Numbered from the stretch's first letter, positions 1 through 12,395 are shown. The stretch is 48,427 bases of DNA from Rhizaria sp. SCN 62-66 (GCA_001724265.1 MEDY01000046.1:62001-110427); one strand, 5' to 3'. A program made the numbers and translations. The notes: generated by a model not told the origin, from the letters alone.

Positions 1-3000
1 ATTTGGACCGCGTTGCCACCACGTAAGGTGCTGACTCAGCATATGAAGAGTCACCGGCCGCATGGCAGTGTCGTCGCCCTTGCTGTCATGTGCCTCGCGC
101 AGAGTCGACACGTCTCCCAGCATCGAGAGCACAGCCTGGGCCTCAAACGCGGCGAGAGCGGCAGCGTCAGTACCGAGAACTTCAGTGGCGTCGCCGGGAC
201 ACAGCGCTGAGACGAGTCCAGCAACGGCTTCGTTAGTGACGTGTTCCTTCTTGCCCGATGCCACAACTAACAGTGCAGAGGCCACGCATGCGCGGCAAAG
301 ATCAGACGACGGTGCAGGACCACCGTGCGCAGCGTATGTCGCAGCCTGGCCAAGCAACACTGCGATGTCCGAAGACACACGTGGACGTTCAGGAATTACT
401 GCGGCAAGCGTACCAGGCCACGTTGCATAGAGCGGCGCGGACTTATCAGCGGCGAAGCACACACGCCTGCCATTACGAACTTGACTCATCCAATTGAAGT
501 CGTTGATACTGTCCTTAGGGACAACGGGCGGCTGGAGCAGCTTCGAGATAAACGATGCTGTCGAGGTTGAGTGCAACTCAGCGATACCCGCCGCGTTAAT
601 GTGCTCCTCTATCTCTTGTGCGACAGCACCATGGTCGGTGAAGATGGCTTTGCCGCGGAAGAAGAAAGTGTCCCATCCACTCGAAATGGTCGACGCAGCT
701 GCCGCGGCAGCTGCCACGAAACCAGCAATGGGAGAGATGGGCACGCGCAAATGATAAAACATATCAATATCACTGCGCTCACCACCGCAGCAGTTGCAGG
801 GCATCGACGTCAGCATGTGACGCGGCGCTGCCAAACGCGCACTTGGAGCTAAAGCTAGCAAGGCGACTGGGAGCTGCGTGGTGATAGTGCCACTGTTCTC
901 AGGCAACGCCAGGGAGACACCGTGGTACGAGTTCATCTGACGGAACAACTCAGGCTCCACGCGCGGAGTGTCGACAGACTGTAGCGCCAAATACGGGGCA
1001 GAAATGGGCGCGGTCACCGTCCACGCAGCAGCAGCGCGCGGGTGCTTAGCAAAGCTCGGGAGACCCAACAAAGCAAGTTGGTCATCAGTAGCTCCGCGTT
1101 GGGCCGCCAATGATGCCACAGCAGCAGTTGAGGCATTGATGACGAGACTTAGAGTCGGTGCACTAGGCTTTGAAGCGCCCATGCCGGTGCCAATAGCCTC
1201 CATCTCACCGACGGCAAAAAAATTGGGCGTCGTCAGCTTGGCGGCAACGAGTGGCCGTGTGACATCTGTGTCAAGCGCCATGGCAACCAATGCGGGGCGC
1301 GCGCGAGCAACTGACAACGCGCAATGCCATGCACCAGCAAGCGCATCTGTGTTGGCTGCAGAAACAACGGCCTCTATAGCACGCTCGCGCATCAATGATC
1401 CCGGAGGCGCAGTTGTTGCGATCGTCGGCAGAAGCAGCGTGCCAATCTTCTCGTCAGCAGCAGAGGCAGGGTCAACCTCAGGGGAGCCAGCACCGACAAC
1501 TGTTGCAGCGGTTTTGGGCGAAGCAGCTGCCTTCGGGACAGCAATCGCAGTGACATGAAAACGTGCGTCCGCAGCAATAGCCAAGTCGGAAGGTAACGCA
1601 CGTGACTGGATTTGGACAAGTGCTGAAGCTGCAAGGCTTCTAGCAGGTGCGTCCACTTCAGGGTCATCGTCAGAGGCGTCCGACGGTGGATACGAACACG
1701 AAGGAACAACATTCACCTTTGCGCGCGCATGCGCAGTCGCGACGGCGGAGGCACCCGCATAGATGGCATTTGCGGATGCGACCGTTGTGGCCATATCTGG
1801 CAGTGCTGACACAAACGCTCCGTGAGCGACCGCTTCCAGCATGAGACTCGACGTCGATAAGCGCGAATCGCTGGCGATGTTCGCGAGCGTGGCCTCCGTC
1901 ACTGGTAAATCGGCAATGCGTCGATTCTTGTCTGCCAGTGTCGCCTGCGCCACAGAGAAAGACGTCACTAAAGCGGGCAGTGGATTCAGCGCAGGTACAT
2001 GTCCTGCGCCCGGGAACATGAGCGGATCTCCGTCACCTGCAACCAGCGGCGTGATGCGAGCAACAGCCGCAGTAGCAGAACCGAGGTTACGTTGTACGGG
2101 CGCTGGCGCAAGGTAGTAGACAGAGTAGTGCGCAGCGGCCACACCGACAGCGGGCGTTGCAATGATGACAGCGGTAACCGGCGCAGACGTCGCCACTGCA
2201 CTGTCCTTTGTGCTAGGTTGGCGTGTGACACCGTCTGCGCCGAAGAGACCGATGGGTGCAGTCGTCGCTACAATGCGCGTGAGCGTGGGGTCAAGGCTCA
2301 CGGTCTGTATCGTCGAAGGCATAGCGGGCGTGGGGAATAGCTCAAGCATACTGTTCGCAGTGTGGACAGAACCAGAGCTCATTGCGCTGCTACAGTTGTC
2401 AGGCGACACCGAGCAGAGGTTAGCGCCGACACGGGCAGTGTTCGTTGCAGCCGGGCGGCGCACCAGTGAGAATGCGGCGGCACTGGCAAGCGCAGCGTCT
2501 GCAGTCGCACCATGAGGCGGCGCAGAGATGTTCGCAAAGCGCGACTGCCAACCCTTTTCGCGCTCCATCCTGGCTGCACTGAGCTGTGACCTGTACCGCG
2601 CACCGCCACCGCGCCAGGCTGCAGCGTGTTGTGTCTTAGCAACTGCCGCATCAAGCTTGCGTTCACCCTTGGTGAGTGTCGAGTCGGCGCCGACCTTGGC
2701 CCAATGCTTTGATAAGGCGTCATCATGACGGAGCACAGGCATCGCGTCAAAACCACTCTCGATCTCAGGCTGAGTTGTGTGCGGCGCCACAGCATAAGCC
2801 ACGACCTTAGCAGCACGCTCGCGGGGCTTGGTGTGAAATTCACGCGCAAACCGCGATATCGGTACGAGGATATCGGAGGCCGTGCGGTGGCGGTCGACGT
2901 TGGTGTCAACTGTGTACCAGAACGGTAGGACAGGGGCTGGGACCGAGGCAACAGCAGCAGCTGCGGCGTCAAGCGCAGCGTCAACAGCCTCGGTCGATGA

Positions 3001-6000
3001 CTCGGCGTTTGTATCGGCCGCGGGAGGTAACGCAATCGGGTATGGCCCACAGAAGAGTACGTGGCCGGCAAAGAGCGAGTTGTGGAGACGTGTAGAGAGC
3101 GCGTCCGCAGCAGCCTCAGTGGTCATGACAGAAGCGCTGACAGAGGGGGTGATCGGACTCACTGGGGGACTCGCTAGTCCGGAGAGGGATGAAGACGACA
3201 GTGTGGGCAACATCGGTGCCGCAAGAGAGAGCGATGAACTCGAGGTAGATGCAATCATCGATGACGCTGCGGACGAGGTCGTGGCTGAGAGCGAACTGTT
3301 GCTCTTTTGACTCGAGTCGGGCTTGTCTTCCCAGATGCGCACAAGCGCCTTCGCAGCTGCTAAAGCTTCCGCGCGAACCTGGACTGGTGTCGCAACATGC
3401 GCACCAAACGAGACACGCACAGTCAAGCCGAGTAGCGCAGGCATCTCAATGACGGCGGCGACTGCAGCAGGTGCGGACACAAAGCGCACATACGCGGCCT
3501 GGCCGTGCAGAGGCACCGAGATGGACCGGATTGCACGGCCGAAACGGGTGCGCATTAGAGCGGTCAGCGCACCCGCAATGGCGCTCGCGTCGGTAGAGCG
3601 GTTCCGTTCCTCTGCCACAGCAGAGACTTCGGCTGTCTTCCCGGAGAGCAGCGCGCGTCCCGAAATCGCGCGGGCCGTGAGCCACCAGGGCTGAAACCCA
3701 CTGATCCAGAGTGTGCTCGTGACGCGCTCGCCCATGCGCTGGTCGATGAGGCCGTGCGCCGCAAGCACCGTCAGCGCGGCGTGCGCCGAAGCTGCGGTGG
3801 GGAAGCGCGGGAGGCAGCCGTTGGCGACCCGGACTGAGTGGGCTGCCGGGAGGCTCGACGAACTGAATTCTGCTGCGGCTGAGACTCCGGGGACGTCAGG
3901 GCGGGGCTCCGTGGTCTCCAGCATCGCAGACTGCGAGAACTCCGTGGCCCGGCCGGGAGGAAATCCGACAACACTGGGAGTGGGGACGAAAGAGCGCTTC
4001 TTGATAGCATCAGCTATGTGCGGGTACGGGGACGACGTCGATGGGGGTGCGGAAGCCGGAGGCAGACGGCAGTAGAGGTACAGCTGCAACACGGCCGGCG
4101 CCCAGCGGAAAAGGTAACGTACAGAGACGGGAATTAGTGGGTTGACCGCGAGCTGTGTGTGTTTCACCAGGAGGTCATCCATGATCGTAGGGTCCACAAG
4201 CGCGCCACGGGCCGATGCAGCGCGCGCGGCAGTGACGTTGAGCACACGCGCAAGGCGGCCTGCGGCGAGCGAGGCCGAGAGCGCGGCGCGGGACACGAAC
4301 GCAACGGCGTGGGGCGCAAAGAGTCCCGTGGTGTCAATACCGCGAAGGTACTCGAGTGCGACGCCAGTGGGCGTGCACGGCGGGAGCATCGTCTGGGCAA
4401 CGTGCTCTAGGAGTGCGTCCACAGCTGTCTGGTCCTGATTCCTCCTGACGCCAAAGGCCTTGTACCCCGGCGTCAGCACTTCGTCACCGCTGTAGGGTAC
4501 GAAGTCAAACAACGCAGCACCACCAAGCAAGTGTGACAATTCGAGCATCGTAAACACCGCAATCGTGGGTGTTTCAAATTCAAAGGCACACATACCACCG
4601 ATGCCCCACACACTGATCCGATCGTTACTGAACGCACGGCGGGCGTCCGAGTTCGGCTCGTCGGTCAAAATCATTGGCTTTTGCTTATCACCAAACATAC
4701 GTCGCAGTAGCGTGTCAACAGCATCTGCAATCAGGACTCCGACGTTGCCCTCTTGGTTCCGGATGTAAGGGGCATCTTCGCTGGCAAGATTGCCCTCTCC
4801 AGCGCAGCGCACGACACGAGGCGCACCCGCAGCGGCAGCGTTCGCTTGATCATAGTCATGCATTGCAGTGAGGCGTTGGACGAGAAGTTTGAGACGGCTA
4901 ATTAAGGATGTTGCACTCCCCATGATGTCTTGCCGCACCCGGGCGCCGTGGTTGTGCTCGCACTGTTCCCAACCGGGCTGCGGACTAGGTGACATCGGTG
5001 TCGTGGCCGCGTGACCCACTTCTGCTCCCCGTTGCACCTGCGCCAATTGTCCCTCCTTGGATGCCTCTGAGCGTGTCGCTTCGGCCGACATGCGCCCATG
5101 TGCACCAGCCGATACAACCGACGCTAAGGTCAGTCCGGTGATCAGTGGGTCAAAGAGAGGCGCAAGTCCGGGGTACCTGGCTGATAGGATACCCGCAACG
5201 CGGTTCGTGGCCGCCGTTGCCGTTGCGAAGGACCGCGGCGTGAAAGGGGAGAAGCTGAAGTTATGCGCCTGCTTGAGACAGTCCTCGATTGTGAGCAGAT
5301 TGAGCACATTAATCAGTGAGCTGGCAAGCGTTGATATAGCCGCCTTAGAGCGAGAGAAGCCGTGGATGATAAGCCGCTTGCTGACCGCGTTGGGGCGCGT
5401 TGTGAGTCCTGCGTTGTAGAGAGTGTAGCCATCCAGTGCGGGATTGCGCGAAGGGATCATGCTCAAGACATCATTCGCCTTTTCTGGGGGAACGTGGACG
5501 CGCACTTCGTGGCGGACTGCTGCGCTTATGTTCGCTAACTGTGGGTATTCACTCCAGCGCACCAGCAGAAACATCGCGTTCAGCGCTTCGCGAACGCCCC
5601 ACAGCGACGCCGCAATGTCAGCCACGTCAGCCTGCGTGTGCGCCGTCGCGCGCGCCGCAAACACGTCCGGTGTATCGGCAAAGCCGCGTGGGGGCAGCAT
5701 TGCACGCTTGCTGAAGCGCGTGGTGAAGCGGTCCTGGATGCGGGGCGAGAGCAGCGAGTTCAGCGCCCGCGCGCGCGACGCAGCGTGACCCAGCGCACTT
5801 GTCGGCTGCCGCAGCGTCAGGTCAAGTTTAGCGAGGTTAGCTGACCCGCGCACCGCGTTTGCGCCCGCGTCGGGGAGCGCGGCGACTGCGGGCTCGATGT
5901 ACGGCGACGCGGCCAGGAAAGGCTCCTGGCTGAGGATGACGGCCTCCGTGAGCCCCGCCGCGGCCAGACGCGCGTAGCTCACGGCCTGTGGCGTGTTGGC

Positions 6001-7157
6001 GTTGACGGCGACAAGCGCGCGCTGCAGGAACGGCGAGGTGACGGTGGCGCGGCGGAAGGTGACCGAGAGCGCGCCCCGCGGCACGCCCTGCAGCGCGAGG
6101 GTGACTGTGTGAGGACGGCCGTTGGGCGGAATGTCCGACAGCGGCAGCGTAAGCGAGCCCAGCGGGTCGTCGCGGAACAGGAAGTCGCGGTCCCAGACCG
6201 AGATGACGAGGTGCTCCGTCTCGGCGGCCGCGGCGGCGGCGGCGGCAGCGGCGCGGGTGGGAGCGAGCACGCGGTTCACGGAGCTGGGGCTGAAGGCGCT
6301 GCTGGCGGCTGCGGAGGCCACGGCGGCGGGAACGCAAGCCGGAGGCACGTAGAAGATGAACGACTGACGCCAGACAGGACTCAGAGTGCTGCGGCGCACT
6401 GATGAACGCTTAGTGACTGAGTTCAGCGTGAACAACCTACAATTGAATTGACAAGACAGCAACGATCGATGGGAATGAAAAGCGAGAAGAACATTGAACA
6501 GTGACTTGTGTTATTCTTGGCGTTGGTTTTTCTCGAATATGATATGCTAGAACACGTACACGTAAGGATCACTACTGTTGCCAAAGTCGGCAGCGACGAG
6601 GTCGTGACCAGTGTGAAGATCGATCAATAGAGCGTCACCGTAGTCGAAAACAGTCTACAATCAGGATCCACATAACGTCGCATAGAGTGGTAGGTGAGCT
6701 TGTGTGCGTGAAATGTTGACATTTGCGGGTATTTTCTATGAAGACAGTGAGCGCGTACAAAGTTGCAGATACGTACAGTGGGGTCGATAGGGTTGGAGCC
6801 GGGCTCGGCAAGAACGTAGGTGTCCTGGTGCTGGTCGGCGTTGCTGCTTGAGCTTTTAGAATTTGCCCCAGCGTCAGCTTCCGGCCCAGTGATATGATTG
6901 GCGGCAAATACGTCAACGGAGTCGTCTGTGAGACGCGCGCAGTTGACCTGAACAGTACACTCTTTGGAAAAATGAAGCGTGTCGATGGTCGCATTGTTGT
7001 CCATTAGAGGGCGACCATTGAACAGCATGACAATGATGCGACCGCGCACATGAGTCAAAATGCGCTGTTTTAGGTGTAGCACGGTGACCTTGGACGTAAC
7101 ATCGATGTTAAGGATCTGTGGACGGCCCAGACCGATCACGTTCGCGAAGATTAACAT
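1..7157 (-). CDS. Large multidomain protein (N-terminal ubiquitin-like domain, C2 domain, RRM-like segment(s), long Ala/Ser-rich regions); exons 7157-6777, 6654-6560, 6436-<1; 3' end outside the window; >=2304 codons
   Basis: I translated the minus frame by hand and found no TAA/TAG/TGA from 6436 to 1. The ORF track probably omits it because it has no stop in the window. Exon 1 MLIFANVIGLGRPQILNIDVTSKVTVLHLKQRI..LFNGRPLMDNNATI is ubiquitin-like. Splicing rebuilds a C2 signature: GHDLVAADFGNSSDPYV|LFTLN..RRSTLSPVWRQSF..LVISVWDRDFLFRDDPLG. The RRM-like segment TLWISGF..GQAAYVRF..VRVSFG lies at ~3717-3403. Confidence 0.85.
6223..6252 (-). repeat. Imperfect (GCC)n tract encoding a 10-residue poly-Ala run inside a C2-domain loop
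   Basis: Plus strand reads ggcggccgcggcggcggcggcggcagcggc. Confidence 0.7.
6437..6559 (-). other. Spliceosomal intron 2 of the Ubl-C2 gene (123 nt, phase 2)
   Basis: GTACGT...CAATTGTAG, AT-rich; removal restores the C2 motif SDPYV-LFTL. Confidence 0.88.
6655..6776 (-). other. Spliceosomal intron 1 of the Ubl-C2 gene (122 nt, phase 0)
   Basis: GTACGT...CCTGATTGTAG; removal joins PIDPT|TVFDYG in frame into the C2 domain. Confidence 0.8.
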
Positions 7158-7988
7158 TGCGTTGGCGTAGCCCGAGGCCCAGCTTGGTAAGGAGGGATAC
7201 ACCCAGTTGCTTTGCCGATGTTACGGATTTAAGGGCAGTTCTTAAATAGAGTACCCTGTCTTCAAGGTGAAAAAGGTCATGAATAGTGTTGTACAAGTTA
7301 AAGAGGGGTCATGGGCGAGTATTGTCCATAGGCATGCACCCAATGTCGCTAGCACTAACAAAAAAGTGTTCTGTGACTCGTATTGAGGGCTTCTGGTTAT
7401 GAGGTCTAATATCTGTATACAAAGCAAACACACACTGCCGGCCAATAATATACAACGCTCTACCACCGATCATACAGGGCAAGTATCTTGCTCTAAGAAG
7501 TCCCCTCTCACATGCTATTGACTGAACGACCGCCCTCAGTCGCGTCACCATGGTCAAATTGGTGTTTGTGGTCAGACACACTTCTTAGCCATATCACATC
7601 ATATCATCTGTAATACTTGTGCATTTCGAGTATTTTAAGCAATACCATGTCTGCCAATATAGGTTTGAGCTGAAGCGACGACAACATGCTTATTATATTC
7701 AGACAAGTACTCAATTCACATTACTAACACTTAGACACACACCAACCATTACATGCACCGATTCAATCTCTATTGTATTTAAAGCCATACCATGTAAAAG
7801 CAACACAGTTGCAAACGACAACGTGTACTGCCACGCACCTGAACCACCAACCCACCAAGAGAAACAAACTGGAACCACGCCTGCCTCTCACAGTCGCAAC
7901 ATTCATCATCATCAATCACTGGTAATGATTGATCGATGGCTGTCCGAGCTGCCAAGAAAACCACAGCCTGTCCACACCGTCAAGCTCC

Positions 7989-9296
7989 TTAAAGCTTTGC
8001 AGCAACAAACCCAGCGGCGGCGGCGTCGCCCTTGCTGCTGAGCGCTGCGATGCCGGGCATGGGCTTGCCCTCAAGCAACTCTAGTGTGGCACCGCCGCCA
8101 GTGGACACGTGGGTCACGAGGGACGTGACGCAGAACTTCTTGCCTGCAGACGCGGTGTCGCCGCCGCCGAGGATCGACACGGCGCCATTGAGCATGGTAG
8201 CGGCCGCCACAGCCTGCAGCAGCCGCTGCGTGCCCGCTGAGAAGGCCGGGAACTCAAACACGCCGCACGGCCCGTTCATGATGATGGTCTTGGCGCGCCA
8301 GGCGACCTGCGCAAACGCGGCCGACGTCGCGGGCCCGTGGTCGAGCCCCATGAGCGCGTCGGCGATCCCGCCCGCGGCCTCGGAGGCCTCGCCCACTGCG
8401 GCGTCGGGGCCGAACTTGTCGCCCGTGATGAAGTCCACGGGGAGGTGGATCTTGACGCCCTTGGCGGCGGCCTTGGCCATAATGCGCGGGACAAGCTCCG
8501 CGCCCTTGGCGTCAAAGAGGGACTTGCCGATGGGCATGTTGGACAGCACCTTCTTGAACGTGAAGGCCATGCCGCCCGAGATGATCATTTCGTCAACCTT
8601 ATCGAGCAGGTTCTCGATCAGCTGGATCTTGTCCTCGACTTTGGCGCCGCCCAGGATCGCCAGGAACGGGCGCTGTGGCGTGTCGAGCGCCTTGGAGAAG
8701 GCGGCAAGCTCCTTGGCAATGAGCAGACCGGCGGCCTTGACCGGGAGGTTGACGCCGACCATGGACGAGTGCGCGCGGTGCGCCGTGCCGAACGCGTCGG
8801 ACACAAACACGTCGCCGAGCTTGCTGAGGGACGCGCGGAAGGCGGCGATGGCGGCCTTGTCGGCCTTGACCTTCTTGCCATCGGCATCCTTGCCCTTGCC
8901 TTCCTCCTCGGCGTAGAAGCGGACGTTCTCGAGCAGGATCACGGAGCCGGGGGCCGGGTTGGCGCAGGCCGCCTCGACCTCGGCGCCGACGCAGTCCGAG
9001 AGGAAGATCACCTTGCGGCCGCCACCGAGCAGCGACTCAAGCACGGGTACCACGGGGCGCAGGGAGAACTTGGCGTTCTTGCGGCCCTCGGGGCGGCCGA
9101 GGTGGGACATGAGGATGACAGCCTTGGCGCCGTTGTCAAGGCAGTGCTTGATGGTGGGCATGGAAGCCGCGACACGCTTGGGGTCCTTGACGGCGCCAGT
9201 AGCCTTGTCCAGAGGCACATTGAAGTCAACGCGGATAAGAACGCGCTTACCCTTGACATTGACGTCCTTAACGGAGAGCTTGTTAGAGAAAGACAT
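7989..9296 (-). CDS. PGK: Phosphoglycerate kinase (435 aa) with a C-terminal extension ending -AKL (PTS1-like)
   Basis: Motifs [66 protein letters not shown]; strong C/G-ending codon bias; stop TAA. Confidence 0.98.
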   Translation of the reverse strand: MSFSNKLSVKDVNVKGKRVLIRVDFNVPLDKATGAVKDPKRVAASMPTIKHCLDNGAKAVILMSHLGRPEGRKNAKFSLRPVVPVLESLLGGGRKVIFLSDCVGAEVEAACANPAPGSVILLENVRFYAEEEGKGKDADGKKVKADKAAIAAFRASLSKLGDVFVSDAFGTAHRAHSSMVGVNLPVKAAGLLIAKELAAFSKALDTPQRPFLAILGGAKVEDKIQLIENLLDKVDEMIISGGMAFTFKKVLSNMPIGKSLFDAKGAELVPRIMAKAAAKGVKIHLPVDFITGDKFGPDAAVGEASEAAGGIADALMGLDHGPATSAAFAQVAWRAKTIIMNGPCGVFEFPAFSAGTQRLLQAVAAATMLNGAVSILGGGDTASAGKKFCVTSLVTHVSTGGGATLELLEGKPMPGIAALSSKGDAAAAGFVAAKL

Positions 9297-9782
9297 CTCG
9301 CTAGTGGATCATAACAGGTAGAAGAGAAGGAAACAGGGTAGATATCAGTATGGGTCTTGGACGAATGCATCAAGGAGTTCAGAAGGCGATACATGGTAGC
9401 TAGATTGTGACAGATAATAGATACTATATATTTGAGTCCAGTTCTACCTGGATTTCATAGTTTTATGCACATGGACGATGCTAAAATGGGACTTGGAAAG
9501 ACTGAAAACTGTTGCTTGTCCGAGTGTTCGGTTGCCGCCACGATCGACCAGCAACCGGCAAGCACGCCAAAAGACCGCACATTTGAAACACATCCATCTC
9601 TCTGTTACTTCCGTCAACAAGCATGACGACCAAATTGTGCAAATTTAACTTACGTCTTCTATCTCTTTCAAACAGACATACTTTACTACAGCTCTAACTC
9701 CCTCTATACTCCTTGTACACCGCAACCTTATTTTTTCATATAGGAGTTCGACACCAACTCCGCACCACAGCGACCTGGTCCA
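9297..9782. promoter_or_regulatory. AT-richer divergent intergenic region (putative bidirectional promoter and 5' UTRs) between PGK and the RbfA-like gene
   Basis: Head-to-head genes 486 nt apart; pyrimidine tract plus YAG upstream of both ATGs. Confidence 0.5.
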
Positions 9783-12395
9783 ATGTTACGTGCAGGTCCT
9801 GTCCCGATCTCCGCAGCTGCTGCTGCGGCGCGCGCGACGCTACCAACGGTGACTTCTTCCGCGCAGCGCGTGTTCTCGAGCAACCGCCGCTTCGAGCGTC
9901 TGATGCAGATCCGCCACGACATAGCACGCGGAGGCCGCAAGCACCTATCGCGACGCGCCGAGCGCGAAGAGTACGAGTCGACTGCGGGCATTGTCTCCGC
10001 GCTGCACGAAGGCGCGCGGCCCGACGCTTCGCCGCAGCAGATCCAGCAGCTCACGCGCCGCAGCATGGCGCAGCTCGAGGAGGTCGGCGGGCTCCACGGT
10101 CCGCAGCGTCTGCCCTCGGCCGGCAGCGTCCAGCGCGAGCAGATGCGCCTTGCCGTGAACTCGTTAGTTCACACGGGTGACACCGAGAACCTTTCGGCTG
10201 CAATCCGCTTCCTCAACGGCACGCTGGGCCCCGGCGACGCACGCCTGCGGGACCACGCTGCCGCCGCGCTCCAGCTCTCCGACCTCTCCACCGAGGCGCT
10301 CTCCAACGCCAAGGGCGGCGTGAAGCGCATCGCGGCGCGCAACACTGCGCTTGCCGCCGTCGTTAAACGGTCCCCGGACCTTGCGGCGCGGCTGGAAGCG
10401 TCCGCGGACAAGCGCGAGAGCGACCGGATAGCGCTGATCCAGGATCCGCGGCACGCGGGCGTGGGTATGGACTCCGGCGACCGGTTTGACGAGCAGGCCG
10501 TGATGACGGAGCAGCTCCAGGTCGGCTCCGCAGTCAACATGAACGACGAGACGCGCGAAAAGTACGTCGGCCGCGTCTCGAGTCGCCGATTCAACGCGAT
10601 CCAGACCGTTGCGCAGGCCGCGTCCAACGTGCTGACGCAGCGCCAGATGTCTCCAGCCAAGCGCGCGATGGTGCGCGTGCCAGTCCCGCATACACTGCCC
10701 AAGCACGTACGCGAGCGCATGCACCAGCGGCCGCGCTTTGTGCCCGTTGGCTACGTTGACCTGTACGAGCTCGACTTCGCCATCACGCGGGTGCACGTGA
10801 CGCAGGACATGTCGCACGCCGTCATCTACTGGACCGCTCCAGGCCTGGTCGACCCTGTGGCCGACGCAGACGTGGCGCACATGGACATGGACATGGGTGC
10901 GACCGTGGTCGCGAACCGGCGCCTGGGGACGGTGACGCCATACTATGCGGCGCACTACGAGCGTCAGTTAGGGCTCGCGGCACATGGCGCGCTCGCCATG
11001 CTCCCGGGTCCCGCCCACGCGCCCGCCGAGCAGGCTGCGGCGGGCGCGCCGCAGACCCAGGCCGCCGCGCTGGGCTCCGCGGTGGACGGCGTCGAGGTGT
11101 TCACCACAGCTGACGCCGGCGGGGCCGGCAAGACGCCTCTGCCCGGGACCTCACGGGAGCAGCAGCTGCGCCCACGATTCCGCGGTCTGGCTGTGCACGG
11201 TTCCGTCGACCTGCCGGACCCGCGCCGCGCGCCGCACGTCTTTGGGCTGCTCCCGGGGCCCGTGCCCGCGCAGTTTGCCGGCCGCCGCGGCGCGCCCGCC
11301 GCCGCCAAAGGCTCCGGCAGCGCCATCACGGGGCAGGTGCGCAAGCTCGTGCGCATGCAAACGGCCAAGTACCTCAACGCCGCGCTGCCCGCGATCCGCT
11401 GGCGCGTCGGCGAGTGGCTCGGGTACCGGTACGTGCCTTCGGTCAAGTGGGAGTTTGACGACCAGCTGTCGCGAGCGAAGCTTCGTGCACGGACCGTTGG
11501 CGCGGCGCTGCAGGAGCAGCTGCGCGCGCAGGATGAGGACGCTGGACTCACGCTTGAGCAGTTGCAGCGCCGCGCCGCCGCGGACAAGCGCGCCGAAGCC
11601 CGCCGCGCCAAGGACGAGGGCGATCTCAACGAGCTGTACCAGCGCGGCGAGAACCCGCTGTTCCGCGGCAAGGTGCGCCCGCTTGAGGCCGCTGACCTGC
11701 CCATGTCTCTGCTCTTTTCGGAGGTCAAGGACCCGGCGATGCGCGGGCGGCTGGCGCGCGAGGAGCGCGAGCGGCGCGCGCGCGCCGAGCAGGAGGACAT
11801 GCGGCTGCGGATGATGGAGGCCGCGGGGATGCGCGGCACGCGGACACAGGCTAAGGGGAACCTGGCGCATGCGACACTGAGCAACGTCGCCAGCGCTGAC
11901 CAGTACGCGGCCGAGGCGGACGCTTGGAACGAGAACGACGACGCCGTGGATGACGGCTGGGTGAGTGACATCGCTCTCGGCAGTGATATGGACAGTGCCA
12001 ACGCTGGTGCTGCTGCCGCTGGCCGTTGTGGTAACGGTGACTGGACGCTGAACCCCGCTGCGCGCGCGCTGCGTGCAGAGCTCGACGCCGAGGAAGCCGC
12101 TGCCAACGATCTTAGCGGTAACTACAACGACGACGTCGGCGCCAGTGTGACGCGCTTCAGTGACCTCTCTGACAAGGGCACGCTCGACTTCCTGGCCGCG
12201 TTCAAACAGCGCATCCAGAGCAACGTTGCCGCCGGCGCGGGGCTTGACGACGGGCTCGGTCACGGCGGCCGCAACAGTATGAACGCCAACACTCTGGAGG
12301 AGGAGGCTGATATGTACGAAGACGAGTTTGACGCTGCGGAAGACGACGGTTATGCGTACAATGAGCCGCCCCAGGCACCGCAACGCAAGCGTTGA
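9783..12395 (+). CDS. RBFA: Mitochondrial ribosome-binding factor A (RbfA)-like protein, 870 aa, greatly expanded
   Basis: Acid-free, Arg/Ala/Ser-rich N-terminus (MLRAGPVPISAAAAAARATLPTVTSSAQRVFSS) resembles a mitochondrial presequence. RbfA motifs ITRVHVTQDMSHAVIYW and LNAALPAIRWRVGEWLGYRYVPSVKWEFD are present. Stop TGA. Confidence 0.75.
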   Translation: MLRAGPVPISAAAAAARATLPTVTSSAQRVFSSNRRFERLMQIRHDIARGGRKHLSRRAEREEYESTAGIVSALHEGARPDASPQQIQQLTRRSMAQLEEVGGLHGPQRLPSAGSVQREQMRLAVNSLVHTGDTENLSAAIRFLNGTLGPGDARLRDHAAAALQLSDLSTEALSNAKGGVKRIAARNTALAAVVKRSPDLAARLEASADKRESDRIALIQDPRHAGVGMDSGDRFDEQAVMTEQLQVGSAVNMNDETREKYVGRVSSRRFNAIQTVAQAASNVLTQRQMSPAKRAMVRVPVPHTLPKHVRERMHQRPRFVPVGYVDLYELDFAITRVHVTQDMSHAVIYWTAPGLVDPVADADVAHMDMDMGATVVANRRLGTVTPYYAAHYERQLGLAAHGALAMLPGPAHAPAEQAAAGAPQTQAAALGSAVDGVEVFTTADAGGAGKTPLPGTSREQQLRPRFRGLAVHGSVDLPDPRRAPHVFGLLPGPVPAQFAGRRGAPAAAKGSGSAITGQVRKLVRMQTAKYLNAALPAIRWRVGEWLGYRYVPSVKWEFDDQLSRAKLRARTVGAALQEQLRAQDEDAGLTLEQLQRRAAADKRAEARRAKDEGDLNELYQRGENPLFRGKVRPLEAADLPMSLLFSEVKDPAMRGRLAREERERRARAEQEDMRLRMMEAAGMRGTRTQAKGNLAHATLSNVASADQYAAEADAWNENDDAVDDGWVSDIALGSDMDSANAGAAAAGRCGNGDWTLNPAARALRAELDAEEAAANDLSGNYNDDVGASVTRFSDLSDKGTLDFLAAFKQRIQSNVAAGAGLDDGLGHGGRNSMNANTLEEEADMYEDEFDAAEDDGYAYNEPPQAPQRKR

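Noticed and set aside
13-6402. Many short plus-strand Ala/Ser-rich ORFs
   Set aside because: Antisense shadows of the single long minus-strand exon.
8032-9321. Long plus-strand ORFs (294, 325, 120 aa) antisense to PGK
   Set aside because: Shadow ORFs expected from the strong GC3 bias of the real gene; no recognisable protein features.
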